Assembly: GCA_050115495.1 (NCBI GenBank)
Contig: JASFQK010000026.1
Span: forward strand, 1-64,000
Source of the DNA: Phycisphaerae bacterium
GTDB lineage: Bacteria > Planctomycetota > Phycisphaerae > UBA1845 > Fen-1342
Length of the DNA: 64,000 nucleotides
Direction: 5' to 3'
Below are positions 48,151-58,038 of this stretch, one piece after another. The notes under the pieces were generated by a model. That model was not told the origin of the DNA, did no database searches, and worked only from the letters and a program-made list of their open reading frames with translations. The position numbers and the translations under genes are program-made. Numbering within the stretch: position 1 is the stretch's first letter; the number at the start of each line of letters is the position of its first letter.

Positions 48151-49937
48151 GGCGCGCCGCCGGGCATTATCCGCCCGGTGTTCGGGGAAGTCACCTCCGG
48201 CGGGACCTGCATATAAGCGAGGGTATCCGCCAGAATCGAACCGACGGCCGGCGCCGCCACGGTTCCGCCGTAATACTTGCCGGATGACGGCCGGTAGATC
48301 GACACGAGGCAGACGACGCGCGGGTTATCGGCCGGGGCGCCGCCGACGAAGGAGCCGACGTACTGGCCGGATCGGTAACCCCTCTCCCCGGGGATCGCCA
48401 CCTGGGCCGTGCCCGTTTTGCCGAACGTGCGATAGCCCTCGATCTGGGCGTTTTTGCCAGTCCCGATCGACGACATGCAGGTCTCGACGAGGGCCTCTTC
48501 GCGGAAGCGATCGGCCGTCTCGCGGCTGAGCAGGCGTCGCAGGGCCACCGGTCGCGAACAATCCAGGATCGTGTTGCCCTCCGCGTCGACCACGCCGCGC
48601 ACAATGCGCGGCCGGTACAGCACGCCGCCGTTGGCGAAGACGCTGAAGGCCGCGGCGATCTGCACGCCGGTGACCGCAATCTCCTGCCCGATGGGGATCG
48701 ACTGCGACGAGTAGCCCGACCAGCGGGAGAAGTCCTGCACGAGGCCGGTGTGCTCGCCGGGGAGCGTGATGCCGGTCAGGTCGCCGAAGCCGTACGAGCG
48801 CACGTAGCGATAGAGCCGGTCATTGCCGCAGCGGCCGCCCAGGATGGACATGCCGATGTTGCTGGAACGGCTGATGACCTCGTGCAGCGGCAGCGAGCTG
48901 TAGGCGTGCGTGTCGTGGATCGTGCGCCGGCCGAACTGCCGTGTGGGTCCGTTGATCTGGAAGACCTCGTCGAGGCGGGTCACGCCGTCTTCGAGGGCCA
49001 TGGCGGCGATGAACGGCTTGAAGACGCTGCCCGGTTCGTAGGCGTGGGCAATCGCCCGGTTTTGCAGCGTCTCCTGGGCACGCTCGAGCGCGGCGCCACT
49101 CAACCCCGGTGGAATCGGTGCGGCGGGGTCATAGTCCGGCATGGTGGCCATGGCCAGAATCTCGCCGGACTGCGGGTCCATTACGACGGCGGCGCCCCAC
49201 CGGGCCTTGAACGTCTCGACCGCGTTGCGCAGGTGCAGCTCGGTCTGCTGCTGGACGTGCACGTCGATGGTCAGCACGATGCTGGCCCCGTCCTGCGGCG
49301 GGACGTATTCCTCGACGCGGGTTCGCAGACGCCGCCGCTGGGCGTCGACCGTCGAGACGCGGTAGCCCTCGCTGCCGCCGAGCGCCTGGTCGTATTGCAG
49401 CTCGCTGCCGGCCAGGCCGCGGGCCACGCCGGCTACTGGATCGCCGACGAAGCCCAGGACGTGGGCGGCGAGTGTGCCGTAGGGATGCGTGCGTTCCTGC
49501 TCGTATTGCGTGCCGAAGGCGTACAGCCGGCGGGCGTCGCGCACGGCAGTGAACGCGGCGGCCTCCTCCTCGCTGATGCCGCGGCGGATCCAGATGAAGC
49601 GGTCGTCCACTCGCTCCTGGAGCATGGCTTCGAGTTCGCCCGCCGGCATGCCCAGCACGGGGGCGATCGAACAGGCGGCGTAGTGCCGGTCGCGCGGATC
49701 CTTGAGCAGGGCCGGGTCGGCGTAGACGGAGGGATAGCGCAGGCCGCCGGCCAGCAGTCGGCCTTTCGTATCCAGAATGTCGCCGCGGAGGGCGGGAATC
49801 GCCAGGCGGGCCGTCTGTTGGGCGCGGGCTCGCTCCGCCAGCGCCGGGCCCTCGTAGTGCTCGAGGTAGACCAGCCGTCCAGCGCCGGCTGCCAGCAGGA
49901 TCAGCACACAGATGAAGGGAAGCGTCGTCGCCCGCAT
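48147..49937 (-). CDS. ftsI: Class B penicillin-binding protein (FtsI-like)
   Basis: RGDILD, EPGSVFK (SxxK), SSN, GKTGTAQ. Confidence 0.9.
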   Translation of the reverse strand: MRATTLPFICVLILLAAGAGRLVYLEHYEGPALAERARAQQTARLAIPALRGDILDTKGRLLAGGLRYPSVYADPALLKDPRDRHYAACSIAPVLGMPAGELEAMLQERVDDRFIWIRRGISEEEAAAFTAVRDARRLYAFGTQYEQERTHPYGTLAAHVLGFVGDPVAGVARGLAGSELQYDQALGGSEGYRVSTVDAQRRRLRTRVEEYVPPQDGASIVLTIDVHVQQQTELHLRNAVETFKARWGAAVVMDPQSGEILAMATMPDYDPAAPIPPGLSGAALERAQETLQNRAIAHAYEPGSVFKPFIAAMALEDGVTRLDEVFQINGPTRQFGRRTIHDTHAYSSLPLHEVISRSSNIGMSILGGRCGNDRLYRYVRSYGFGDLTGITLPGEHTGLVQDFSRWSGYSSQSIPIGQEIAVTGVQIAAAFSVFANGGVLYRPRIVRGVVDAEGNTILDCSRPVALRRLLSRETADRFREEALVETCMSSIGTGKNAQIEGYRTFGKTGTAQVAIPGERGYRSGQYVGSFVGGAPADNPRVVCLVSIYRPSSGKYYGGTVAAPAVGSILADTLAYMQVPPEVTSPNTGRIMPGGAP

Positions 49938-49957
49938 GGTCCGCGTCCTGCTGTCCG

Positions 49958-50239
49958 CTAGGGCCAGTTCGTTCTGCCGCGCGGTCGGTCCGCTTCCCCC
50001 GGCGGCTCGGCCAACCGAATCTCCTTTACCCGCTCCATCAGCGCCGCCGGCGCCAGGGCGCGTTGCAGCGCCAATTGCTCGTGCTTGACCTTGCGGGCCA
50101 GCACGTCTCCCCGCCGTTCGAGTTCCGAAATCTCGTAGTGGACGCGCGTTGTCTCCGCCCGCAGGATCACGATGGTGGCCATCACGGCCAGGGCTCCTGC
50201 GAACAGAATCATCATGCGCCGTACGGTCATGCTCAGCAC
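49958..50239 (-). CDS. FtsL-like small bitopic coiled-coil protein
   Basis: TM then coiled coil; canonical position before the PBP. Confidence 0.65.
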   Translation of the reverse strand: MLSMTVRRMMILFAGALAVMATIVILRAETTRVHYEISELERRGDVLARKVKHEQLALQRALAPAALMERVKEIRLAEPPGEADRPRGRTNWP

Positions 50240-50272
50240 CCCCGCTCAGCGGCCGGGCGGCCGCGAGGCCGG

Positions 50273-51328
50273 CTAGCCCTTGGCCAGGACGGTTCCTTTC
50301 GGGAGCCGGATCCGACGGCCCGGGAGGATCCGGTGCGGGTCGCGCAGACCGTTGAGACGGGCAATCTCCGGCCAGCGCCCGGCGTCGTTCAGGAACCGCT
50401 GAGCGATGCTGGCCAGCGAGTCACGTTTCTTCACCGTATAGTACCGCGGCTCGGCCTTCCTGGCGGGCCCGGTGTCGTTCTTCGTCTTGGCCTTTGCGCC
50501 GGCGGCCGGCTTGAGGTCGACCTTGACCAGGGCCACCGGCTTGTTGGCCGGGATCGGGGCCGGCGACGGCATCGCCACCACTGCCACGGCCGCGGTCGCC
50601 GCCCGGCCAGCGAGCACGCGCTGCACGGTGTCGGCGTTCGGGAGGGCCAGTTCCTCGCCCGCGATCAGCTTGTCGGGGTTCTTCTTCAGCCGCGGGTTCG
50701 CCGCGACCAGCAGGTTCACCACCCGCCGGTCATTGGACTTCAATTCGCGCTGCGCGATCTTCGTGAGGTTGTCGCCGCGCCGCACGGCGTACGTCCGCGG
50801 GGCATCCTGCACCTTGGCCGGCGTGGGCTGCGCCTTGGCGGGTGCGGGCTGTGCCTCGGCCGGCGGGGGCTGAACTGCGGAAGCGAGCGCCGCCGCGGTG
50901 ATGATCGTCGGACCGGCGTCGGTGGGCGAGGGGGCCGGCGCATGGCTCGGCTCGGGCTCCACCGCGGTGGCCACCACGGGCTCGGGGGCGGCTCGCTCCT
51001 GGACGAGCGGCGGTAGGGCGATCGGTGGCGTGGTCGCCGCCATCTGCGGCACGGTCGCCGCTGCCAGTCGCCGTTCGTTCACGCTGTTCGCGTCCTCCTG
51101 AACAGCGAAGGCGTTGGGGTGGGAGAAGGCGGGCGTGTCGCTCGCCGGATGGGGCGCGCCGGTCATGGCCGGCAAGGCCTCGGCGGGCTGACCGGTGAGG
51201 GTGTTGATGGCCTCGCTCGGGTGCGCCGCGGCGTGCGTCACGGGCAGAGCCACCTGGCCGACCAGCCAGCACAGGCCGCTGATGAAACCGAAGCAGACGA
51301 GCATAGCCGCTTTGACGTTCAGCACCAC
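50273..51328 (-). CDS. Membrane-anchored protein with two LysM domains
   Basis: YAVRRGDNLTKIA..., YTVKKRDSLASIA...ILPGRRIRLP; Pro/Ala linker. Confidence 0.9.
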   Translation of the reverse strand: MVLNVKAAMLVCFGFISGLCWLVGQVALPVTHAAAHPSEAINTLTGQPAEALPAMTGAPHPASDTPAFSHPNAFAVQEDANSVNERRLAAATVPQMAATTPPIALPPLVQERAAPEPVVATAVEPEPSHAPAPSPTDAGPTIITAAALASAVQPPPAEAQPAPAKAQPTPAKVQDAPRTYAVRRGDNLTKIAQRELKSNDRRVVNLLVAANPRLKKNPDKLIAGEELALPNADTVQRVLAGRAATAAVAVVAMPSPAPIPANKPVALVKVDLKPAAGAKAKTKNDTGPARKAEPRYYTVKKRDSLASIAQRFLNDAGRWPEIARLNGLRDPHRILPGRRIRLPKGTVLAKG

Positions 51329-51343
51329 TTGCGCCTCCTTGCC

Positions 51344-52252
51344 TTATGGCGACAGACGTCGCTGAGCCACCCGCAGTTTCGCGCTGCGACTCCGCGGGTT
51401 CGATTTCCGTTCCCGGCTATCCGCGACCACCGGTCGGGACGTGAGCTCCTGAAACTCGTCCTTGGCCTCACGCAGGAAGCGCTTGACGATGGCGTCCTCG
51501 AGACTGTGGAACGCGATGATCGCCAGTTTGCCACCGGGGGCCAGAAAGTCGCGGGCGTGTCCCAGGAACAACTCCAGGTTCTCCAGCTCATGATTGACGG
51601 CGACGCGCAGTGCCTGAAACACGCGCGTCGCCGGGTGAATCCGCCCACCAACCTCGCCCGTCTTCGCCAGGGCCGACTCGACGGCACGGGCCAGGACACG
51701 TGTGGTGCGGATACGGCCTTCGTGGCGGACCTGGCAGATACGCCGGGCTATTCGGCGACTGAGCCCCTCCTGACCGAACCGGTAGAACAAGTCCGCCAGC
51801 TCGCGCTCGCTCAAGCCGTTGACGAGTTCGAGGGCCTCGCCGGACTGCTGCCGGTCGAACCGCATATCCAGCGGGCCGTCGTGCTCGAAGGAGAACCCGC
51901 GTGCCGGGTCCGCCAATTGGGCGGAGTTGACCCCGAGGTCAAGGAACAGCTCATCCACTCGCTGCAGCCGTAGCGCTTTTAGGACCTCGGGGAACTCCGC
52001 ATAGCTCGCGTGTACTAATTCGACTTCTTTGACGCCCGACTCTTCCAGGCGGGGTCGCGCTTCCGCCAGCATCTCCGGATCGAGATCCAGGCCGATGTAC
52101 CGGCCGTCCGGCATGATCCGCGGCGCTAGCGCCGCCGCGTGTCCGCCCAGACCCACCGTTCCGTCCAGGATGACCATGCCCGGACGCGGGTCGAGCAGTT
52201 CGAGGACCGGGCCCAGCAGGACGGGTTGATGTTCTCGTCGCAGGTCATCCAC
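51344..52252 (-). CDS. rsmH: 16S rRNA m4C1402 methyltransferase
   Basis: HQPVLL, DGTVGLGGH, DLGVNS.Q, RGFSF, FQALRVAVN, FHSLED, NPRSRSAKLR. Confidence 0.96.
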   Translation of the reverse strand: MDDLRREHQPVLLGPVLELLDPRPGMVILDGTVGLGGHAAALAPRIMPDGRYIGLDLDPEMLAEARPRLEESGVKEVELVHASYAEFPEVLKALRLQRVDELFLDLGVNSAQLADPARGFSFEHDGPLDMRFDRQQSGEALELVNGLSERELADLFYRFGQEGLSRRIARRICQVRHEGRIRTTRVLARAVESALAKTGEVGGRIHPATRVFQALRVAVNHELENLELFLGHARDFLAPGGKLAIIAFHSLEDAIVKRFLREAKDEFQELTSRPVVADSRERKSNPRSRSAKLRVAQRRLSP

Positions 52253-52420
52253 GCCTCAGCCACCCGGGCCGTCCACACCGTCTCCCTTCGCGGGCCGTGT
52301 CGACAACCGCTCTGGACACACCGGCAGGGGGCCGGTTAATATCACCCGTTGAATACGGCACGCGGGTCGGGAAAACTCGGCCGCGGCCATTCCTCCGTGA
52401 AGGGCACGCGGCCCAGTTTA

Positions 52421-52560
52421 GGCCGGCTGTCTCAGCCGCCCACCGGAGCATCCGGAGACTTCCGTGTCTCCCGGCAGGACCCCTCGGCGTGAAGGTCCTG
52501 ACCAGTACTCCCAGTTCTGGTCGGGTCGCAGCGGCGGCGTCGCTCGTCGCCGGCCGCTGC
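52421..52560 (-). ncRNA. Putative structured RNA in the mraZ-rsmH spacer
   Basis: Five closely spaced hairpins in a 340-bp spacer. Confidence 0.4.
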
Positions 52561-52594
52561 CACCCGCCCTCGCGAAACCCAACCCAATATCCGT

Positions 52595-53080
52595 CTAACC
52601 AGTGGGCTCAGTCACTTGTCGTGCGGCCAACGTCCGCAGCTCCCGCATCGCCTTCGAGCGGTTTTCCGAGAACCGCTCCCACTGGTTGTTTTCAAACTCT
52701 TCGAAGTCTTTCCGATCCCAGAGCACGAGATGGTCTTCGGCACCCGTCAGCATCACTTCCTTGCCGATCCCTTCCCGCTTCAGCAGATGCTCGGGGATCA
52801 GGATCCGACCCTGACTGTCCGGGTCCAGCAACGCACACTGGCTGTACTCGAACTTCCGCCACTCGTGCGTCTCCTCGGACACCGACTCTTCCGGCAGCAG
52901 CGGTCGCATGCGCTCGAAGTACTTCTCGGCGTACAAGGCCACCGTGCCGCGCCGTTGACCGGGGAGAACGTAGAAGGAGTGGCCGTCCTGATCTGGGTTC
53001 AGCTTTCGGCGGATCGCAAATGGGATCGACAGCCGATTCTTCGCGTCGATCGTTTGCTCGAACCTGCCCGCCAGCAGCAT
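52595..53080 (-). CDS. mraZ: Division/cell wall cluster repressor MraZ
   Basis: IDAKNRLSIP and DSQGRILIP repeats; GAEDHLVLWD. Confidence 0.93.
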   Translation of the reverse strand: MLLAGRFEQTIDAKNRLSIPFAIRRKLNPDQDGHSFYVLPGQRRGTVALYAEKYFERMRPLLPEESVSEETHEWRKFEYSQCALLDPDSQGRILIPEHLLKREGIGKEVMLTGAEDHLVLWDRKDFEEFENNQWERFSENRSKAMRELRTLAARQVTEPTG

Positions 53081-53083
53081 CTG

Positions 53084-53163
53084 CCACCCGCCACTTGGTC
53101 CCACTGGGCACCACTCGGCTACTCTGTACAGGGATAATGTACCACAGATCAATTGCAACGCAA
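53084..53163 (-). promoter_or_regulatory. dcw promoter with MraZ-binding boxes
   Basis: GTGG repeats at 10-bp spacing (53091, 53101, 53111); TG-extended -10 TACATT at 53141-53136; TTGCGT upstream. Confidence 0.7.
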
Positions 53164-53282
53164 GCCTTTCCACCCAAATTCCCGCGAGATTCGGCTGTGA
53201 ATGTCAAGACAGGGAAAGAGCCGGTGGCGATGATGGGGAGGGGCTGAATACCAGGAATGGTTGTGGTGTTATCCGACGAACA

Positions 53283-53813
53283 CTAATTGTCGTGTTCGGT
53301 CCGGCCCAGGTGCTCCCAACCCTGCCGGACAAGGTGCAATCCGCGCACACAAAATTCGAATTGGTCGCTTAGCTCAAGCAGCAGATGGGCGGGCGGAGCG
53401 TCTTCCTCGCCCGATAACTCACCGGCGATTCCGTACCCCAGTTTTCCCTGGAGCATATACGCCCGGACGCGGTCGATTCCGGAGCCCGCCCGCGGCCGTA
53501 ACGCCTCCGGGTAGAGGCCGGTCCAGAAGAGCGAGAAGTCGCCGATGTAGCGGTGGATGATGCGCTCGCGACAGGTCGCGTCGGCGTCGGGGTCGAGGGA
53601 GGCCTCCGCCTGGAGGCGTGAGATGTCGCGGATCGCCTCGCCGTCCACGTCGCGCATGCGGTAGATGCGGTCGACGTGGATGAAGTCCGCCAGCAGCCGG
53701 CCGAGGTACTCGGTCACGCCCGGCGCGCAGAGTCCAAGCTCCTCGTAGAACGCCTGCTCGACGAGGGCGGCGAAGAGCCGGCGGAGCTCGTCCTCGGGGT
53801 TGACGATGCGCAT
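53283..53813 (-). CDS. Conserved hypothetical protein
   Basis: LRRLFAALVEQAF...IHRYIGDFSLFWTGLYPE; GAGG SD. Confidence 0.8.
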   Translation of the reverse strand: MRIVNPEDELRRLFAALVEQAFYEELGLCAPGVTEYLGRLLADFIHVDRIYRMRDVDGEAIRDISRLQAEASLDPDADATCRERIIHRYIGDFSLFWTGLYPEALRPRAGSGIDRVRAYMLQGKLGYGIAGELSGEEDAPPAHLLLELSDQFEFCVRGLHLVRQGWEHLGRTEHDN

Positions 53814-53984
53814 GGTCAACCTCTCTGCCGGGCGACTGGACCGGCGGCCGGACGTTCCGGCCTCTATTTCTATGGTACGAAACACTTTCCGGCGGGCCAG
53901 GTTTGCGATGGCGAATCTCGCATAATTATCTATTGGAAAGGCGCTTACGGATGTTGGCGATTATAAGGGTCTGCCAGATCCGGC

Positions 53985-55532
53985 TTATCCGAAGAACGCG
54001 CGGGAGATGAGGCGGTACTCGGACTCGCGAACGTCCATCAGCGTCCATTGCAGGACGCTCATGAGCAGATGCAGGGCGACGAGGGCGGTGAGGGGCCAGT
54101 TGGTTTGCGATGATGAGAGGCGGAAATCGCGCAGCCGGAGGGCCAGGCCGAGCAGCAGGACGGGGGTGAAGGGGATCCAGAGTCGCGGGGTCTCGATGTT
54201 GGTGAAGCCGACCGTGGCCACCATCACCAGTAGGCAGCCGACGATGAGCCAGCCGCCCAGCCGGGCCGGCTCGTCGCTGATGCGGGCGGCTCGGGGCCAG
54301 AGGGCGGTGGCCCAGAGGGCGGTGCCGGCGAAGAGCAGGAAGAACGGGCCGCCGAGGCACTGCCAGAGAAGCGGCATGGCGTCGGGGCCGCGGGTGACAC
54401 GGGATTGGGCTTGGGCGACGGCCCAGACGGTCGCCGGCACGTTCGCGTCACAAGCGATGTAGAGCACCAGTAGTGCCAGGATGGCGCCGGCCGCCGCCGG
54501 CAGGATGCAGACTCGCAGCACGCGCGTGCGGCGTTGCGGATCCCGCCAGGCGTGGAGGATGGTGGCGACGACGATCACCGCGGCCACCCAGACGTGCACG
54601 AGGCTCACCATCACGGCGACGATCGACGCTACGCCGGCGCCGGCTGCGGCGGCCCACCACCCTCTGCGCTCGGCGAGCAGCCAGAGCCATAGCGGCACGG
54701 CCACCGTCAGGAGCTGGGCCGTGTCCTTCCCGGGTGTGAACAGCAGCGTCATCGGCGACACCAGGGCGCAGACGGCGAAGACGAGCGACGGCCCCGGCGG
54801 GAAGTAAAGCCGGCCGAGCGCGTAGAGCACCGGTGCCGCCGTGATCCACAGCGCCGTCAACAGCCAGGCGAACGCCAGGGCGTCGGCGGCTTCTTCGGCG
54901 AAGCCGGCCAACGCCGGATTGTCGCTCTCGAACTCCGGCTGGAAGGCGGAGCGGATCGACGGGTGGGTGGCGGTCGAGTGGCGGACGGCGGCGGCGAGGA
55001 GTGTCGTGCCGGGTGGGTTGCTGATGACGCGGGTGCCGCGCATTTCCGCGGGCGGCGTCTGGGCGCGCTGGGGGTAGTCGCGGAGGTACGTCCGGACGTC
55101 CTGGACGGCGAGGGCCTCGCGGAGGAAGGCGCCGTCCTGGGATGGGGAGAGCATGTTGAACACGTGTTGGACGACGTGATCGGGCGGGGCGACGTAGGAC
55201 CAGGTGCCGAATCCGATAACGCCGCCGAAGGCGAGGAGCAGTCCCGCGCGTTGTCGGCGGGCGGTGCTGCCGAGGGCGAGCCACACGCCGAGCGTGATGG
55301 CTGCGGTCCAGAGCAGGGCCCAGGGCGTCTCCGCCAATCGCCAGTTGAAGACGGGCGTGTAGCGGTAGACGAATCGTCTCGGCAGGCCGAGCGGGACGCG
55401 CAAGCAGTGGAGGATGATGGTGATGAGGGCGGGTACGGCGGCTGCCACCGCCAGTCGGACGTAGAGCGTGCCCGCCGGCGCCGTGCTCGGCGCGGGGGCG
55501 GGTGGCTCCTGGTCCGGCGGCCTACGCGCCAT
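53985..55532 (-). CDS. Multi-pass membrane protein, GT-C-like
   Basis: Many TMs; SNPPG motif in a large loop; ETPRLWIPF. Confidence 0.7.
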   Translation of the reverse strand: MARRPPDQEPPAPAPSTAPAGTLYVRLAVAAAVPALITIILHCLRVPLGLPRRFVYRYTPVFNWRLAETPWALLWTAAITLGVWLALGSTARRQRAGLLLAFGGVIGFGTWSYVAPPDHVVQHVFNMLSPSQDGAFLREALAVQDVRTYLRDYPQRAQTPPAEMRGTRVISNPPGTTLLAAAVRHSTATHPSIRSAFQPEFESDNPALAGFAEEAADALAFAWLLTALWITAAPVLYALGRLYFPPGPSLVFAVCALVSPMTLLFTPGKDTAQLLTVAVPLWLWLLAERRGWWAAAAGAGVASIVAVMVSLVHVWVAAVIVVATILHAWRDPQRRTRVLRVCILPAAAGAILALLVLYIACDANVPATVWAVAQAQSRVTRGPDAMPLLWQCLGGPFFLLFAGTALWATALWPRAARISDEPARLGGWLIVGCLLVMVATVGFTNIETPRLWIPFTPVLLLGLALRLRDFRLSSSQTNWPLTALVALHLLMSVLQWTLMDVRESEYRLISRAFFG

Positions 55533-57351
55533 CGGGCTGGACCTCCGCGGCGAGGGCGTCTACCTGCGCCAGAATCAGCCGCTGGGCGTCATCTTCGGCG
55601 GTGGTTGCGCTGAGATCGACCGGGCGGCCATAGCGGACGCGCAGATGCCGCTTGTCGCCGTCGGCGGAAGCGTGGCCCACGTAGCAGGGAACGACGACGG
55701 CGCGATCGCGCAGGGCGAGGCGGCCGACGTGCACGCGTGCGGGCTCGTTGGGCTCGCGGGCAACGTTAACCGCAACGCATTCGCCAGCGTCGAGCAGTCC
55801 GGCGCAACGGCTGTCGAGGTCTTTCGCCGCCGGCGAGGTGGCTCCCAGGCGCGTGAGCCACCACGTGGCACCGGGCGGTGGATCGAGGAAGCGGGGCAAG
55901 CGGTGCGGGCACGTCGTCACGAGGCCGAGGGCGCCGCGCATCCGGTCGCCACCGAGGGCGACGAGCACCGGTCCTTCACGTGGGACTGTGCAGGGGCCCG
56001 TTCGCCGAACGCCGTCGAGCAGACGGGCGTAGAAGACGGCCACCTTGCGGAGCAGGCTGGTTAGCGGAGGGAACGGGTCGTCGCGACGATAGCCGCGCCA
56101 GGCCCACCAGGTGGCGACGCCGAGGCCGAGTCCGGCGCCGGCGAGGAGCAGCGGGATGTACTTGTCGATGTGCGGGATCTTCGGCACGCCGAGGATGCCC
56201 GTGGTGGCGACGATCGCGGCCATGGTGCAGGTGTCGGAGACGCCGAAGACGCGGCCGCGGCGGGAGTCGGGGACGAAGCGCTGGAGGGTGGCCATGATGG
56301 TGACGAGCAGGCCGGAGCCGGAAGCACCGATGCCGAGCAGGCAGGTTCCCGCCAACCCGGCTCCGAGGTGCAGGGCACAGGTGCCGGCGAGCAGGAAGAG
56401 CCAGAAGGTGCCCGCGGCCAGCGAGGCGAGCATGGCCAGGGGGATGGGCATGGCCGGTCCGATGACGGTCATCACGGCGGCGCCGGCGGCCAGGCCGACG
56501 CCGATCAGGCCGCGGTACATGCCGGCGTCGGTGATGTCGCCGCCGAAGACGTCGCGGACCAGCCCGGGCACGACCGAGATGACCACGCCGGCCGCGCCCC
56601 AGAAGACGGTGCCGAAGATGATGAGCTGGAGGACGCGGCGGTGGTGGGCGACGTAACGGAAGCCGTCGAGTGTCGGTTGCCAGACGCCGGTCAGCTTCGG
56701 GTGCGGCACGGCCCGCGTCCGCGACATCAGGATGAAGGTTAGCAGGACGGCGCTGAGTAGGAACGTCACGGTGTCGAGCGAGTAGTTCCAGTTTTTGCCC
56801 AGGTGGTGGACGATGTAGCCGCCGAGGACGGCGCTGAGGATCGCACCGATCGTGCCCAGGGCGCTGATCATGGCGTTGGCGCGGACGAGCTGGTCCTGGC
56901 GGATGAGGGTGGGCAGGAGCGCCTGCCGGCTCGGCGAGAAGAATGCGGCCAGGGCTCCGGTGACCAGCAGCGGCAGGACGATGGCGTAGTCGCCCATGCC
57001 GAGCGGCTCGAACCAGGCGACGAGCGGGCGGACGGTCCAGATCAGGCTGAGCATCACGCCGGCGCGGAGGATATCCGTGCCGATCATGGTCCATTTGCGG
57101 CTGAAGCGGTCGGCCCACCAGCCGCCGAGGGGGCCGAGAATGACGAACGGCAGGAAGAAGCCGAAGGTGATAAGGGCCTGAATGCGGGTGGCGTGCTCGC
57201 CTTCGAGGGCGTTACGCTCGACGAGGAGGGCCATTTCGCTGAGGTGGTCGCCGACGGCGCTGATGCCGTAGGCCGCCCAGAGCAGTACAAAATTGCGGTT
57301 GCCGACCAGCCAGTCGGGCAGGGCGGGCTCAGGGCGACTCGAATCGGCCAT
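55522..57351 (-). CDS. MFS transporter fused to a degenerate acyltransferase-like domain
   Basis: NRNFVLLW, GWWADRFSRK, ~12 TMs; C-terminal VPREGPVLV...VVVPCYV...RVRYGRPV. Confidence 0.85.
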   Translation of the reverse strand: MADSSRPEPALPDWLVGNRNFVLLWAAYGISAVGDHLSEMALLVERNALEGEHATRIQALITFGFFLPFVILGPLGGWWADRFSRKWTMIGTDILRAGVMLSLIWTVRPLVAWFEPLGMGDYAIVLPLLVTGALAAFFSPSRQALLPTLIRQDQLVRANAMISALGTIGAILSAVLGGYIVHHLGKNWNYSLDTVTFLLSAVLLTFILMSRTRAVPHPKLTGVWQPTLDGFRYVAHHRRVLQLIIFGTVFWGAAGVVISVVPGLVRDVFGGDITDAGMYRGLIGVGLAAGAAVMTVIGPAMPIPLAMLASLAAGTFWLFLLAGTCALHLGAGLAGTCLLGIGASGSGLLVTIMATLQRFVPDSRRGRVFGVSDTCTMAAIVATTGILGVPKIPHIDKYIPLLLAGAGLGLGVATWWAWRGYRRDDPFPPLTSLLRKVAVFYARLLDGVRRTGPCTVPREGPVLVALGGDRMRGALGLVTTCPHRLPRFLDPPPGATWWLTRLGATSPAAKDLDSRCAGLLDAGECVAVNVAREPNEPARVHVGRLALRDRAVVVPCYVGHASADGDKRHLRVRYGRPVDLSATTAEDDAQRLILAQVDALAAEVQPDGA

Positions 57352-57486
57352 GGTGTCCTCTCCCGGCAACCGTGCCGTTATCACCGGCCAGACTGTACGC
57401 AGGCCCGTCGATGCGGTAAAGCCGGCGCGCCGCCGGCGGCGCCGGGGCGGCGAGCGTGTATAACAGGACGGGGCGTGTTGGCAGAT

Positions 57487-57514
57487 GACGGCCGACACGG
57501 AGATCGGCCGCTAC
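57487..57514 (-). repeat. GTAG-type REP
   Basis: GACGGCCGACACGGAGATCGGCCGCTAC. Confidence 0.8.
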
Positions 57515-57549
57515 GGGCGGTGCGGCATGCCCGTCGCCGGAGAGTCGCC

Positions 57550-58032
57550 ATGAAACGTGCGCACATCGCTGTTGCGTTCGGTCTGTTAGGGGTGGCGCTG
57601 TTGTTGGTGGGATGTGACGGTTCGGGCCGGCGGGATGTTCCGGCCGGTGAGCCGCCGCCAGCAACGCAGCCCGCCGAAAAGCCTGATGAAGCGGCGACCG
57701 CCGAGCCGGCGACGACTCAGCCGGCGACGGAGCTGACGCCGGGAGAGGCCGCGGAGCCGCCGGAACCGTTGCCGGACTATATTCGCGTCCTCGAACGCTA
57801 CGACGCGAGCGAGCCGGCCCGGGTGCACTACGAGATCACATCGCCGCACCGGCTGGCTTTGGAGACGTTCAACGTGCGGCGGCTGCGCATCGAACGGCGA
57901 GGGCTGCCGATGGCGACGAGCGGCAGTCTGGCGCTGCGGCTGGATGGGCAGGTCATCGAGTGGACGGCGGATTCGACCGTGGTCGAGTTCGAGCGGTCGG
58001 CGAACGGCGTGTGGGTGGGCGTGCACGAGTAG
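57550..58032 (+). CDS. Lipoprotein, hypothetical
   Basis: MKRAHIAVAFGLLGVALLLVG-C lipobox; GGAG. Confidence 0.8.
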   Translation: MKRAHIAVAFGLLGVALLLVGCDGSGRRDVPAGEPPPATQPAEKPDEAATAEPATTQPATELTPGEAAEPPEPLPDYIRVLERYDASEPARVHYEITSPHRLALETFNVRRLRIERRGLPMATSGSLALRLDGQVIEWTADSTVVEFERSANGVWVGVHE

Positions 58033-58038
58033 GTGGCG

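Noticed and set aside
53915..53942. dif-like site (CGCATAA...)
   Set aside because: Only a partial XerC-like arm; no XerD-like TTATGTTAAAT arm; more likely an AT-rich promoter
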